A stretch of 38,492 bases of DNA, taken from positions 1-38,492 of IMG/VR virus record IMGVR_UViG_3300049485_000101; one strand, 5' to 3'. Positions 1-8,219 of the stretch are shown in pieces; within the stretch, counting starts at the first letter, position 1; every line of letters begins with the position of its first letter. The notes beneath the pieces are model-generated. The model saw only the letters and a program-made list of their open reading frames with translations, was not told the origin of the DNA and ran no database searches. The translations under genes and the position numbers were made by a program. Origin of the DNA: a virus (lineage: Duplodnaviria > Caudoviricetes).

Positions 1-127
1 CAGGATATATTTGATTGTTTTGAAGGTACTACCAATATTTGTTTATATAAAAAATTTAAAAAAAAGATTTTTGATTGTCTTGTAAATATTGGAAGAAAAA
101 ATACTATTTTATTACTTCAGCGTGCTT
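1..127. repeat. Terminal direct repeat, left copy (circular-assembly overlap)
   Basis: 1-127 is identical to 38366-38492; 127 is a common assembler k-mer size; a gene reads through the junction. Confidence 0.95.
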
Positions 128-348
128 TTAATGCTATTAGAGGATATGGATATATACGTATCAGAGAAGATGGATTTTTAGGTAAACAAACTGAATTTAA
201 TCTTATAGATATTTTAGGGTCGGAGTATGAATATTCAATCGTTGTGGCATTCGATTGCGAACGCGCCGCATATTACCGTGTTTTAGCAGCAAAAAACCCG
301 AGTCAGGAAAAGTTCTTGAATGGCTGGTTACGTCGTGCCTATTCGTAA
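1..348 (+). CDS. Endolysin GH108, 3' part with peptidoglycan-binding C-terminus
   Basis: Frame 1 reads FDCLVNIG..LLQRA..EDGFLGKQT..RAAYYRVL..QEKFLNGWLRRAYS*, typical GH108 + PG_binding_3 ending; TAA at 346-348. Confidence 0.9.
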   Translation, partial: QDIFDCFEGTTNICLYKKFKKKIFDCLVNIGRKNTILLLQRAFNAIRGYGYIRIREDGFLGKQTEFNLIDILGSEYEYSIVVAFDCERAAYYRVLAAKNPSQEKFLNGWLRRAYS

Positions 349-589
349 AAAACCACTCATAAACGTAAAAATATATGAAGAAGCACGAAAAAAATGTTAT
401 TTAAAGCCATGCAAACATTGTCCTTCTCATAATTACGAACCTGATCCAGAATCAATTGATGTTAAGAATGATGATTCTTGCCCTTGGGAAGAAAAAGTGT
501 TTTTATGTGATTGGCGTAGACGTGGTATATGTACAGGTATTGCAAAATATATTAGTGGATTAGAACCTTGGAAGGAAAAAAATTTATGA
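320..589 (+). CDS. Hypothetical Cys-rich protein
   Basis: ORF with CKHC, CDW and IC motifs; coupled to neighbours; start uncertain. Confidence 0.55.
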   Translation: MAGYVVPIRKKPLINVKIYEEARKKCYLKPCKHCPSHNYEPDPESIDVKNDDSCPWEEKVFLCDWRRRGICTGIAKYISGLEPWKEKNL

Positions 590-825
590 ATGAATTAAAT
601 AAAAAACTTGTTGATGTATTAGAAGATTTTAATGAAAAATTTTATACATTTTTATACGATTATGAAAAAAAATCTTATGAACAAATGGTACAATCCTTAG
701 AAAATAGTTCTACTGTATTATCAGAGGCTGTTACTTTATATACTACTATTGTTACTATACGACAAAAATATGATGAATTGATGTGTGTTTCAAATCAAAA
801 AAGAGCAGAAATATATATGTCATGA
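586..825 (+). CDS. Hypothetical protein
   Basis: AAGGA RBS; ATGA overlap with the upstream stop. Confidence 0.65.
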   Translation: MNELNKKLVDVLEDFNEKFYTFLYDYEKKSYEQMVQSLENSSTVLSEAVTLYTTIVTIRQKYDELMCVSNQKRAEIYMS

Positions 826-860
826 GTGGAAAAATAGAAATATTATGGAGTGGAGTTTAA

Positions 861-1031
861 ATGACTGACGAAAAAAACAAAAATTCATTACCTAGCGCGG
901 CAGAATTTCTTAAATTTCTAAAAGAAAATCCTTTGTCTGCATATCCTTCTGAAGAATTAAATAATGTGGATGATAATAAAAAAGAATTTTTAAAAGATGC
1001 TTGCAATGTTAAACTAACAGAACAAGACTAG
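861..1031 (+). CDS. Hypothetical 56-aa protein (MTDEKNKNSLPSAAEFLKF...)
   Basis: GGAG RBS; converges on the terL stop; below the ORF-track length cutoff. Confidence 0.55.
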   Translation: MTDEKNKNSLPSAAEFLKFLKENPLSAYPSEELNNVDDNKKEFLKDACNVKLTEQD

Positions 1032-2593
1032 TCCCTCTTATTCCTAGCCATACCTAGATTCATTCTATTTTTAACAGTTTGATTTAATCCCATCATGATA
1101 TTTTTTCTTGCTTCTTGTGGTTTGTTTATGTACATATCTTTGAATGTATTTTCCATGAGTGCTAGTTTTATTCCGTCTGCGAAACAATCCGCGATATCAT
1201 CAAAACGGTGCGTCATTGCAGGGTTGATCTTAGTCATGTGATCAATGCACATTTGGTAATGACGTGCACCTCGCGTGAATGATACACGCTTGGAGGCAAT
1301 GTATGGCTGGATTTCAAGGAATCGTTGAGCCTTTGAACCGCTTGCCCTTGTGCGCTCAATTTCCCTTATCTGCATACCACGGAATTTCTGCAACACACTC
1401 ACAAGTGTGACGCCAGTTGATTTCTTTTCGATAGCGGCAATCATGGGTGGTTTTTCGTGGGTTGAGCAAGATGAGTAAAAGTCTATAAAGGAACTTTCCA
1501 AATCTTTTGGTTCTACACGTAACTCAACGCAATCCAAAGAATGAAGCCCTAATAGTCCTGTCTTGCGATCATTTTCTTCGATCTCATATATTCCCCAAAA
1601 TGCAAATGCTGTTGCGTCATTCCACGATTTTGACGTTTCTGCGGTATCGGCAGTGATGAATGTCATAAGAATTTTTGGGTCTTCTTCTAACAAGACAAAC
1701 CAGTCTTTTTGATACAGACTACCCCCTGCGCTCACAGGGTCTTGCTGGTATTGCGAGTAGAAAACGTATGGGTCAAATTTCTGCTTGTTCAGCAACATTT
1801 CAAGCGAATTGACTTCTGGATACATAACATTTCCAGCATCGTCGATACTTTTGATAATGATCCGTTCCCATTCATATCCATCATTACCTTTCAAAAGATA
1901 ATCACATAGATCGCTTTCATGTACTCGTTGACCGATAAACACAATCGGAACTTGTTCACTTCTGACGCGCTGTTGTAGAGTCTCGCGGTAATTAGTTATA
2001 ACTCCCTCGCGTATAACTTCGCTCGCGGCTTCGTCTGGCTTAATGGGATCATCTATCCATAAAATTCCACTGAAACGATCAACCCCTGGCAATCCAGCGT
2101 CTAGCCCTGTAACCGTACCTGCGCTACCAATAGCCGCCACCATCCCGCCATGTGTGGTTTGGAATAGTTCTTTTCCACGTGCATCGTGTCTGATTTCAAC
2201 ACCAAAAAGGTATCGGTATTCAGGTAACTGAATTATTCTGCGAATGATTTCTGTATGTTTTCGAGACAAATCTTTACTGTAAGAGACGTACAAAAAACGA
2301 CTGTCAGGATATTTTGCGAGTGCCCATGCAGTACAAAATGATGCAAAGGTACTTTTTCCGCTACCAGGGCTTAGATTCAACATTAATCTTTGAGATTGTA
2401 TTTGTAAATTTACTGCGCGAGTCAAGGCACGACAGACGATTACTTGGTGCGATTCACGGCCAACTGGATGGCTGACAAGGTAATCCCTATTAGTTAGTAT
2501 CTTGTAAAAAAACTTTGTGAACTCAAACAAGGAACCCTTGAATTTTGCAGCAAGTTCGGCGCGATTATCTTCGTGTATGATGATTTCAGTCAT
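1028..2593 (-). CDS. terL: Terminase large subunit
   Basis: Walker A SPGSGKS, Walker B LWIDDPIK, FIGQRVHESD, QYQQDP, nuclease TADTA and FDDIADC. Confidence 0.95.
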   Translation of the reverse strand: MTEIIIHEDNRAELAAKFKGSLFEFTKFFYKILTNRDYLVSHPVGRESHQVIVCRALTRAVNLQIQSQRLMLNLSPGSGKSTFASFCTAWALAKYPDSRFLYVSYSKDLSRKHTEIIRRIIQLPEYRYLFGVEIRHDARGKELFQTTHGGMVAAIGSAGTVTGLDAGLPGVDRFSGILWIDDPIKPDEAASEVIREGVITNYRETLQQRVRSEQVPIVFIGQRVHESDLCDYLLKGNDGYEWERIIIKSIDDAGNVMYPEVNSLEMLLNKQKFDPYVFYSQYQQDPVSAGGSLYQKDWFVLLEEDPKILMTFITADTAETSKSWNDATAFAFWGIYEIEENDRKTGLLGLHSLDCVELRVEPKDLESSFIDFYSSCSTHEKPPMIAAIEKKSTGVTLVSVLQKFRGMQIREIERTRASGSKAQRFLEIQPYIASKRVSFTRGARHYQMCIDHMTKINPAMTHRFDDIADCFADGIKLALMENTFKDMYINKPQEARKNIMMGLNQTVKNRMNLGMARNKRD

Positions 2594-2949
2594 ACTTTTT
2601 GTTCTTCTTTCAAGAGTGCTTTCTCAGCTTCCAATCGTTCCTTTTCCTCTCTTTTTTTGACTAACATATCTTTGTGGGATATGAGAAAGTCGACGCATTT
2701 TTGTATGTGTTCTTCTGTTAATGGATAGATTGTTCTTAACAATCTTTTGTCGAACTTCTCTTTTTTTAGTTGAGCAAGGACAGATTGCATTTTGTCGCGT
2801 AGATCACGGCAATGTTCTCGGCGCATTTTAAAATAGACTTGATTTACTTGGCTCAGTTTTTCTTGAAGTAAAATATTTTCAGACGCAACAAAGGCTTCGT
2901 TAAATTCTTTCCACAGATCGGCAACCAGATCGGCTTCGTACTTTAGCAT
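2590..2949 (-). CDS. Hypothetical coiled-coil protein coupled to terL
   Basis: 119-aa ORF with ATGA overlap with terL start. Confidence 0.7.
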   Translation of the reverse strand: MLKYEADLVADLWKEFNEAFVASENILLQEKLSQVNQVYFKMRREHCRDLRDKMQSVLAQLKKEKFDKRLLRTIYPLTEEHIQKCVDFLISHKDMLVKKREEKERLEAEKALLKEEQKV

Positions 2950-3119
2950 TGTTTAAATCTCGTCGTATTGTTTACATAATTTATACGACATTTAATCGCA
3001 TGTTAACAGTACTTGTGCGTCAATTTATTGTTTAATGTTTGCCAAAATTCAATTTGTGAGATATTTTTTTCTCAGACTAATCGTTTTAAAAATTTAATAA
3101 TGGAAGGAATCAAGAAGAT

Positions 3120-3308
3120 ATGACTGATAATCGTGAACAACTTTTGACGTTAGCAAAAGAGATCAAGTCTGAACGTGAAGAAATAGACTTGTTAAGGGAA
3201 GATTTAAAGACACGAAAGAACTTATTGAAGCACAAGGAATCTGAATATTTTTCATATTCTGTACAAGAATTTTCAAGGCAAAATGAAAGGACATCGAACC
3301 ATGTTTAA
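3120..3308 (+). CDS. Small coiled-coil protein (paralogue 1)
   Basis: GGAAGGA RBS; LAKEI...LK..ESEY shared with next ORF. Confidence 0.7.
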   Translation: MTDNREQLLTLAKEIKSEREEIDLLREDLKTRKNLLKHKESEYFSYSVQEFSRQNERTSNHV

Positions 3309-3471
3309 AGAATTAACAGAGTTATATAAACTGGCAAAAGATATTGAAGAATCAAAAGAATATTTAAAAGATGATGAAAAGGAATTGAGGCACGAAAGAA
3401 TGCGTTTGAAACGGCTTGAATCAGAATATTGCCAAAAATCACTTGAGACTTTAAAGAAGTTGAAGAAATAG
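3301..3471 (+). CDS. Small coiled-coil protein (paralogue 2)
   Basis: AAAGGA RBS before ATG 3301; LAKDI...LK..ESEY. Confidence 0.7.
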   Translation: MFKELTELYKLAKDIEESKEYLKDDEKELRHERMRLKRLESEYCQKSLETLKKLKK

Positions 3472-3505
3472 CCGTGATTGACTTGTGTATGAAATGTTTG
3501 TACAC

Positions 3506-3572
3506 AAAAAAAGGCCAGTCTTTGGTGGACTGACCTTTAGCAGTTAATATTCCGTTGGCTTGGAGATATTAT
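3506..3572 (-). ncRNA. Putative small RNA with anti-SD 5' end and intrinsic terminator
   Basis: Minus strand TTGACT(3605-3600)-16-TATGAT(3583-3578); RNA starts near AUAAUAUCUCC; terminator stem AAAGGTCAGTC/GACTGGCCTTT with a G-U pair only on the minus strand, then T-run. Confidence 0.55.
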
Positions 3573-3625
3573 GTGTAATCATACACTACATAAAACTCAA
3601 GTCAATGAAAAAAATAAGGAGTTTT

Positions 3626-4018
3626 ATGTCAAAATATGCGGAATCCTCAAAACGTGTTCAAATAGTGATGTGGTTATTTTATGAATCAAGATTAGAAAAT
3701 CTTGATGAAGATTTTTACATGCGATTAATTACGGAAGATCCCGAGTTTTTAAAAAATAAAAAAGAATCAGACGAATGGAAACCAGAGTGTGAATGTGGAT
3801 GTATATGCAATGCACCATTTGATTATAATTCTGTTCGATTCTTTCACGAATATAACCCTATCGGAGTATCTTATCCAATTTCAGATAAAGATTGGGAATA
3901 TATTGAACCTGATTGGATTCATTTTCTTTTGAAAGAAAAATCAAGTAACAGTCATTTTTATAAAAGAATGAAAGGGAGACCATGGTTTAAAGAAGAATTA
4001 CAAAAATATAATATATAG
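3626..4018 (+). CDS. Hypothetical protein
   Basis: TAAGGAG RBS before ATG 3626; CECGCIC motif. Confidence 0.7.
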   Translation: MSKYAESSKRVQIVMWLFYESRLENLDEDFYMRLITEDPEFLKNKKESDEWKPECECGCICNAPFDYNSVRFFHEYNPIGVSYPISDKDWEYIEPDWIHFLLKEKSSNSHFYKRMKGRPWFKEELQKYNI

Positions 4019-4019
4019 A

Positions 4020-4090
4020 AAAAAAAAGATCAGTCTTTTGAACTGATCTTTTTCTTTTATATGAACCCAAACTACCACGAAAGGACTCAA
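4020..4090 (-). ncRNA. Putative cis-antisense RNA over the replication-initiator RBS
   Basis: Minus-strand TTGACT(4125-4120)-18-TATAAC(4101-4096) inside the first rep codons; ends at hairpin 4021-4053 plus T-run. Confidence 0.55.
4021..4058. terminator. Bidirectional intrinsic terminator
   Basis: AAAAAAAGATCAGT-cttttga-ACTGATCTTTTT with A and T runs on both sides. Confidence 0.75.
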
Positions 4091-4091
4091 A

Positions 4092-5138
4092 ATGAGTTAT
4101 ACAAAAAATCCTAAAGACAAGTCAACTAAAAAAAATAAATTAGATTTTCTTGATAAAATTAAGTTTTTTTCAATACCACCAACGATATTTAAATATAAAT
4201 TAAATCCTACCGAAATTCTTTTTGTCAGTATTGTTTTTCATTTTAAGGACACAAATAACGGATGTTATTTATCAAACGAACAATTTTACACAATGATGGG
4301 TGTCTCTAAAAATACTTTTTTACGTACAAAAGTTAAAATTATTAGCAGTGGATTTGTAACTGTCAAAGAAAAATCCAAGGGTTTTTGGACTGAATGTTTA
4401 ACTTTATCCGATGATATGAGGGAATTATTTAACAGTCCCAAAATGGAACAAGGAATTTTAGAGAACAGTGCCAAATTGGCACCGTTTGAATATGAATACA
4501 GTCCCAAATTGGAACAGAACGGTGCCAAATTGGAACAGAACGGTGCCAAATTGGAACCTAATAACTGTATTAATAATAATAATAATAATAATGTGTGTGA
4601 TCCATATAGATCTAGCGCGCGTGCGCGCGAGGAAAACACACACACACAGAAAACAGTTGAAGACAAAATCCAAAAGGCAGTCTCCAAAGAGTTCATGGAC
4701 ACTGCAACACTAGTTGAAACCCTCAAGCCTCACATTGTCCATAATGATCAGAAAGTGAGTTTCGTTAGAAACGAATTGTTGGATCATATAAAAATGACTG
4801 GCGAAGATTTATTCCTCCTCGATTCGTATATGAGACAAAAACGATTAAACATAAATTATGCAAATATAGCCTCTAAAACGAAGATAGAATCAGTTTTGAA
4901 CGATTACTTAGATCAAGCTAAAAAAGTTCAATCACAGTCAAAAGAATCAAAATCCGAGGTATTTTCTAATGACTACTATAAAAAATCAGTAGAAAAATTG
5001 GCTTATATTGAGATTAATGGAGAGACATATCTTAAAAAAGACTTAGAAAGGTTGAAAGAAACAAACTTTGACAAGTACAAACAATTAATGGCCACAGGAG
5101 ATACTCCTATGAATGAACAAGTTTCAGTAGCCAATTAA
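4092..5138 (+). CDS. Replication initiator (N-terminal winged-HTH, lambda-O-like organisation)
   Basis: LNPTEILF..NGCYLSNEQFYTMMGVSKNT..L...GFV HTH pattern followed by an iteron-encoded repeat linker and poly-Asn. Confidence 0.8.
   Translation: MSYTKNPKDKSTKKNKLDFLDKIKFFSIPPTIFKYKLNPTEILFVSIVFHFKDTNNGCYLSNEQFYTMMGVSKNTFLRTKVKIISSGFVTVKEKSKGFWTECLTLSDDMRELFNSPKMEQGILENSAKLAPFEYEYSPKLEQNGAKLEQNGAKLEPNNCINNNNNNNVCDPYRSSARAREENTHTQKTVEDKIQKAVSKEFMDTATLVETLKPHIVHNDQKVSFVRNELLDHIKMTGEDLFLLDSYMRQKRLNINYANIASKTKIESVLNDYLDQAKKVQSQSKESKSEVFSNDYYKKSVEKLAYIEINGETYLKKDLERLKETNFDKYKQLMATGDTPMNEQVSVAN
4431..4592. repeat. Replication origin: five iterons plus AT-rich (AAT)n tract
   Basis: Copies of about AACRGTSCCAAAWTGGMAC start at 4431, 4464, 4497, 4518, 4539; followed by TAATAATAAT tract. 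Confidence 0.85.
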
Positions 5139-5214
5139 ATGCAAAAGGCAGTCTTTAAGAGGAAAATACAGGATCACTAAATGAAAATAGGTACAGAATC
5201 CAAAACAAGGCAAC

Positions 5215-5298
5215 AAACAGCCTCGAGGTTGAATCATAATAACATTTTGGTACAAAGTCATGAGACGTGTTAAAATAATTCAACCACGGGCTTATTTT
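5215..5298. repeat. Imperfect inverted-repeat element, copy 1
   Basis: AAACAGCCTCGAGGTTGAAT...ATTCAACCACGGGCT; left end matches 15477-15496 at 19/20. Confidence 0.6.
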
Positions 5299-5311
5299 AA
5301 AGTAATTAAAT

Positions 5312-5545
5312 ATGAATAAAATTGTAGACGATCCGTTATGGGATCCGACCGTTCGGGAATACCTCCGTCTAAAGGAACGCGGTGAGATTTTGCACAGGCT
5401 TAATATTCTGATCAAGGACATGGAAGAAAAGGCAGTCATCAAAGAAAAGAAAAACAGATTGCCACCTACCTTTGAAGACTACCTTGAATTTGTTAAAAAA
5501 GAGGAAGAACTGAAAAAAAATGATAGGATTCCTTTAAAAAATTAA
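5312..5545 (+). CDS. Hypothetical protein
   Basis: 77-aa charged ORF downstream of rep. Confidence 0.6.
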   Translation: MNKIVDDPLWDPTVREYLRLKERGEILHRLNILIKDMEEKAVIKEKKNRLPPTFEDYLEFVKKEEELKKNDRIPLKN

Positions 5546-5554
5546 GAGGATTTT

Positions 5555-5764
5555 ATGAATTTTAAAGAATGTCCAACGTGTGAAATTGAACTTTGTTGCC
5601 TTTTTTCTGACGAACTTGAAGATTTTCCCCATAATGCAATTGAATATGTTCAACAAAGTGATATAGAAAAATACAGGATGAAATATAGATTGAAAGATGA
5701 TGAAGGTAATGTTATTTATTTTTGTGACGCTTGCATGATGTTTGTGAAGTATGAAAATGAATAA
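5555..5764 (+). CDS. Small zinc-finger-like protein
   Basis: GAGGA RBS; CPTC...CDAC. Confidence 0.65.
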   Translation: MNFKECPTCEIELCCLFSDELEDFPHNAIEYVQQSDIEKYRMKYRLKDDEGNVIYFCDACMMFVKYENE

Positions 5765-5807
5765 CATTGTCCTTGACAGCATGGTTTTTAAATTTTAATG
5801 TGTGATT

Positions 5808-5906
5808 CTTGCATGTTCATTATATTAACTTAGTGGATAATGAACGTGTTTTAATTGTGGCATTGCGCGATCTTTTGTCATGCACTGATCGCGTGGTGTT
5901 ATTTTT
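5808..5906 (+). ncRNA. Putative small RNA A1 (two hairpins)
   Basis: TTGACA(5773)-17-TAATGT; stems 5811-5849 and 5859-5900 close fully only with G-U pairs on the + strand; ATTTTT tail. Confidence 0.65.
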
Positions 5907-5956
5907 GCAAAGATTAAAAACTTGTTGATTATTAAAATATCTCTGCTATAACACTT

Positions 5957-6026
5957 ACAACGTGTCCAGAAGCCATGTTACACCCGCAAGTTTTGTTCAT
6001 TTATCACTTGTGGGTTTTATTTTTTT
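5957..6026 (+). ncRNA. Putative small RNA A2 (hairpin plus terminator)
   Basis: TTGATT-16-TATAAC with TGn extension; AACGTG/CATGTT stem; ACCCGCAAGT-tttgttcatttatc-ACTTGTGGGT plus T-run. Confidence 0.6.
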
Positions 6027-6041
6027 ATAATATAATTTTTA

Positions 6042-6100
6042 TACACCTCCTCAGTGTAAAGTTTCCCGATCAGTATCCTTTCCTGATCGGGTTTTATTTT
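6042..6100 (+). ncRNA. Putative small RNA A3 (hairpin plus terminator, anti-SD loops)
   Basis: TTGTGG(6008)-17-TATAAT(6031); TACAC-ctcctca-GTGTA; CCCGATCAG-tatcctttc-CTGATCGGG plus T-run. Confidence 0.65.
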
Positions 6101-6115
6101 AAATGGAAATATTTT

Positions 6116-6319
6116 ATGTCAGAAGAAAAAATTTATACCGAACAAGAATTTAAAACAAAAATTCTTGAAAACAATCAGTCTCATTTGTTTAAATCAATTG
6201 ATAGACTTGATAATAGTATTAACTCTTTAAATAATAAAATTGATACTTTTAAATATTGGACTTTAGGATTAATTTTTGGATTGTATGGATTAATGATTAC
6301 TTATTTTGTGACAAAATGA
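6116..6319 (+). CDS. Small coiled-coil protein with C-terminal TM helix (possible holin or membrane protein)
   Basis: MSEEKIYTEQEF...IDRLDNSINSLNNKID..WTLGLIFGLYGLMITYFV; the 5975 start runs through the sRNA hairpins and is unlikely. Confidence 0.65.
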   Translation: MSEEKIYTEQEFKTKILENNQSHLFKSIDRLDNSINSLNNKIDTFKYWTLGLIFGLYGLMITYFVTK

Positions 6320-6745
6320 TTAAAAAGGTATGTCTGAATCGTCATCAAAAGGCGTGGCAGTTTTGTAGTCCTGTTTTTTCTGTGCAAACATATGCCCATT
6401 TTCTTCCTCCTTCTTTTGACCACCACCAAGGAAAGTCATATGATTCCCAACGACTTCCGTGATGTACTGCTTTTTATTTTCCTTGTCTTCCCATGATCGA
6501 GTCGTCAGCTTGCCTTCAATATACACTTGCGATCCTTTTTTCAAATACTGGCTAGCAAGCTCAGCCTGCTTACCCCATAAAATCACACGATGCCATTCTG
6601 TTTTTTCTTCCATCTTGCCATTTTTCTCATACTTATCACTTGTCGCAAGTGAAAGTTTAGAAACACTCTGACCAGTAGCAGTCGTACGAAAGTCGGGATC
6701 GTCGCCTAATCTACCTATTAAAATAACTTTATTTACACCTGACAT
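6320..6745 (-). CDS. ssb: Single-stranded DNA-binding protein
   Basis: VNKVILIGRLG.DP, TEWHRV, YLKKGSQVYIEGKL, acidic tail DDDSDIPF. Confidence 0.97.
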   Translation of the reverse strand: MSGVNKVILIGRLGDDPDFRTTATGQSVSKLSLATSDKYEKNGKMEEKTEWHRVILWGKQAELASQYLKKGSQVYIEGKLTTRSWEDKENKKQYITEVVGNHMTFLGGGQKKEEENGHMFAQKKQDYKTATPFDDDSDIPF

Positions 6746-7041
6746 TTTATTGCCTCATTTCTACATGTGATTAAATAAACCAAAAAAGGTTTTGGTATCC
6801 CTAAAAGTTCCTCAGCTAGCTTGTCATTCTTGCTGTAGTACATAACTTTACACGTCGTGATCGTTTGCGATTCTTTGATCTGATCAATCACTGGCTCGAT
6901 TTTTTTTCCGACAAAGCAGGAATTGATAAAATCATTGATCGCTGTTTGAGCATTAATTGATAATACTTTTTCATGTCCTACTCTTATAGCCAAACGGCCA
7001 TCGAGCAATTCAGTACATTTGATCAAAAAACTATTTTCCAT
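6733..7041 (-). CDS. Hypothetical protein
   Basis: 102-aa ORF in the leftward early operon. Confidence 0.6.
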   Translation of the reverse strand: MENSFLIKCTELLDGRLAIRVGHEKVLSINAQTAINDFINSCFVGKKIEPVIDQIKESQTITTCKVMYYSKNDKLAEELLGIPKPFLVYLITCRNEAIKCQV

Positions 7042-7198
7042 CTTTTAAAATTCCGTCTTTTCGCAAACGATCAAAAAATTCTTCCCAATCTTTAGAAAGT
7101 TTTGGCTCATCCTTTTCTGGATCAGTTAAATTATCCCAATCCAGTACAAGATTACCTTCGCTATCTTCATTAAAAATGTTCGATTTTTTTTCGATCAA
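7031..7198 (-). CDS. Hypothetical acidic 55-aa protein (MIEKKSNIFNEDSEGNLVLDW...)
   Basis: TTG start overlapping the ATPase stop; fills the gap in the operon. Confidence 0.5.
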   Translation of the reverse strand: MIEKKSNIFNEDSEGNLVLDWDNLTDPEKDEPKLSKDWEEFFDRLRKDGILKDGK

Positions 7199-8064
7199 GC
7201 CGTCTTTTTCTCACGCTGTAAGTTTTGTTTGAAAACTTTATACTGCGAGAAATTGAGCTTGTCTAGTGAGCTGACCTTAAAATATTCCAACGCGCCTTTT
7301 AGTCGATCAGCATTCTCTGGCTTTGATTTTATGATCTCGTCGAGTTCATTTAAATGTTCCTCTGAAATTGGCAATTTTTCTTCGTCCACGATCAGTGTCG
7401 ATAGCCAATCCTTAATTTGTTCACCTGTTTGTGGAGTGATCTTAAAAATCTTGTCGACAAAAAGGCCAGTTCTGTCTTTTGAGACCATAGCTTCATGAGT
7501 CATTGCAACGTCAAAAACTGTTGTAAATTCGTATTCGAGCCCTTCGCGTTGTATGGGCGCAAGACCTACTTTTTTAGGCGTCATCTTGCCCCGATCATTA
7601 GCTTCCATCACATAATCTTGCTTGGATCGCATCGTGATGATTATGTGTATGTTTGACTGCAAAAATGCTGACTTTAGTATTTCGTGTTTTTTCGTGATAG
7701 ATGCCCAATTTGTATAGGAATTGCCACCCCTTCCGTCGAGTTTTTCTTTTTGTTCAAGCAATCCTCCTTCGCCAGCCCATGCGTGTGACAAGGAATCAAT
7801 GACTAAAACGTCATATCCAGCATCTTCTGCTGATTTAATCGCACTAATGTACTTTTCTGTCTCAAACGGTGGCTTTAACTCAAGTACGTCAAACTCAAAT
7901 TGATCTGCGTAAAGAGAAGCTGATCCATTCTCAGTGTCGATTACTGCGATCTTTTTTCCGAGACCAGACGCAAGCGAGAGTGATGAAAAAGTTTTTCCCG
8001 ATCCAGACGCGCCAGTGACCGCGATTTTTATCTTGATGGATTTTTTTTCAGCTTTTTTAAACAT
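7195..8064 (-). CDS. Sak4-like RecA-family ATPase (AAA_24 type)
   Basis: GASGSGKT, IDTENGS, VIDSLSHAW, REGLEYEF; lies between exonuclease and SSB. Confidence 0.88.
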   Translation of the reverse strand: MFKKAEKKSIKIKIAVTGASGSGKTFSSLSLASGLGKKIAVIDTENGSASLYADQFEFDVLELKPPFETEKYISAIKSAEDAGYDVLVIDSLSHAWAGEGGLLEQKEKLDGRGGNSYTNWASITKKHEILKSAFLQSNIHIIITMRSKQDYVMEANDRGKMTPKKVGLAPIQREGLEYEFTTVFDVAMTHEAMVSKDRTGLFVDKIFKITPQTGEQIKDWLSTLIVDEEKLPISEEHLNELDEIIKSKPENADRLKGALEYFKVSSLDKLNFSQYKVFKQNLQREKKTA

Positions 8065-8209
8065 TTTCAGCCCCCTCTTTTTTTTCTTCTAATTTTTTTA
8101 AACGGTCGCTTTCGATTTCCATATATTTTGAAAATTTTTCGTTTAGTTCTTGGAGGGCTTTTGAATAATTATTCAGATCTTCAAGAAATTTTTCTATATA
8201 TGTGTTCAT
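8057..8209 (-). CDS. Hypothetical 50-aa protein (MNTYIEKFLEDL...)
   Basis: AGGA RBS; fills the gap between exonuclease and ATPase. Confidence 0.55.
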   Translation of the reverse strand: MNTYIEKFLEDLNNYSKALQELNEKFSKYMEIESDRLKKLEEKKEGAENV

Positions 8210-8219
8210 TTTTTTATCC

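Noticed and set aside
2950-2991. In-frame upstream ATG separated by TAA, suggesting stop-codon recoding; 7-bp inverted repeat GTCGTAT/ATACGAC
   Set aside because: Long genes are intact in the standard code and end in TAA, TAG or TGA; the short repeat alone is weak evidence
4431-4560. Iteron repeats as a CRISPR array
   Set aside because: In-frame within rep, spacers absent or about 12 bp, no cas genes
5975-6115. Hydrophobic N-terminal extension of ORF 5975-6319
   Set aside because: Runs through two terminators and T-runs; ATG 6116 is the more plausible start
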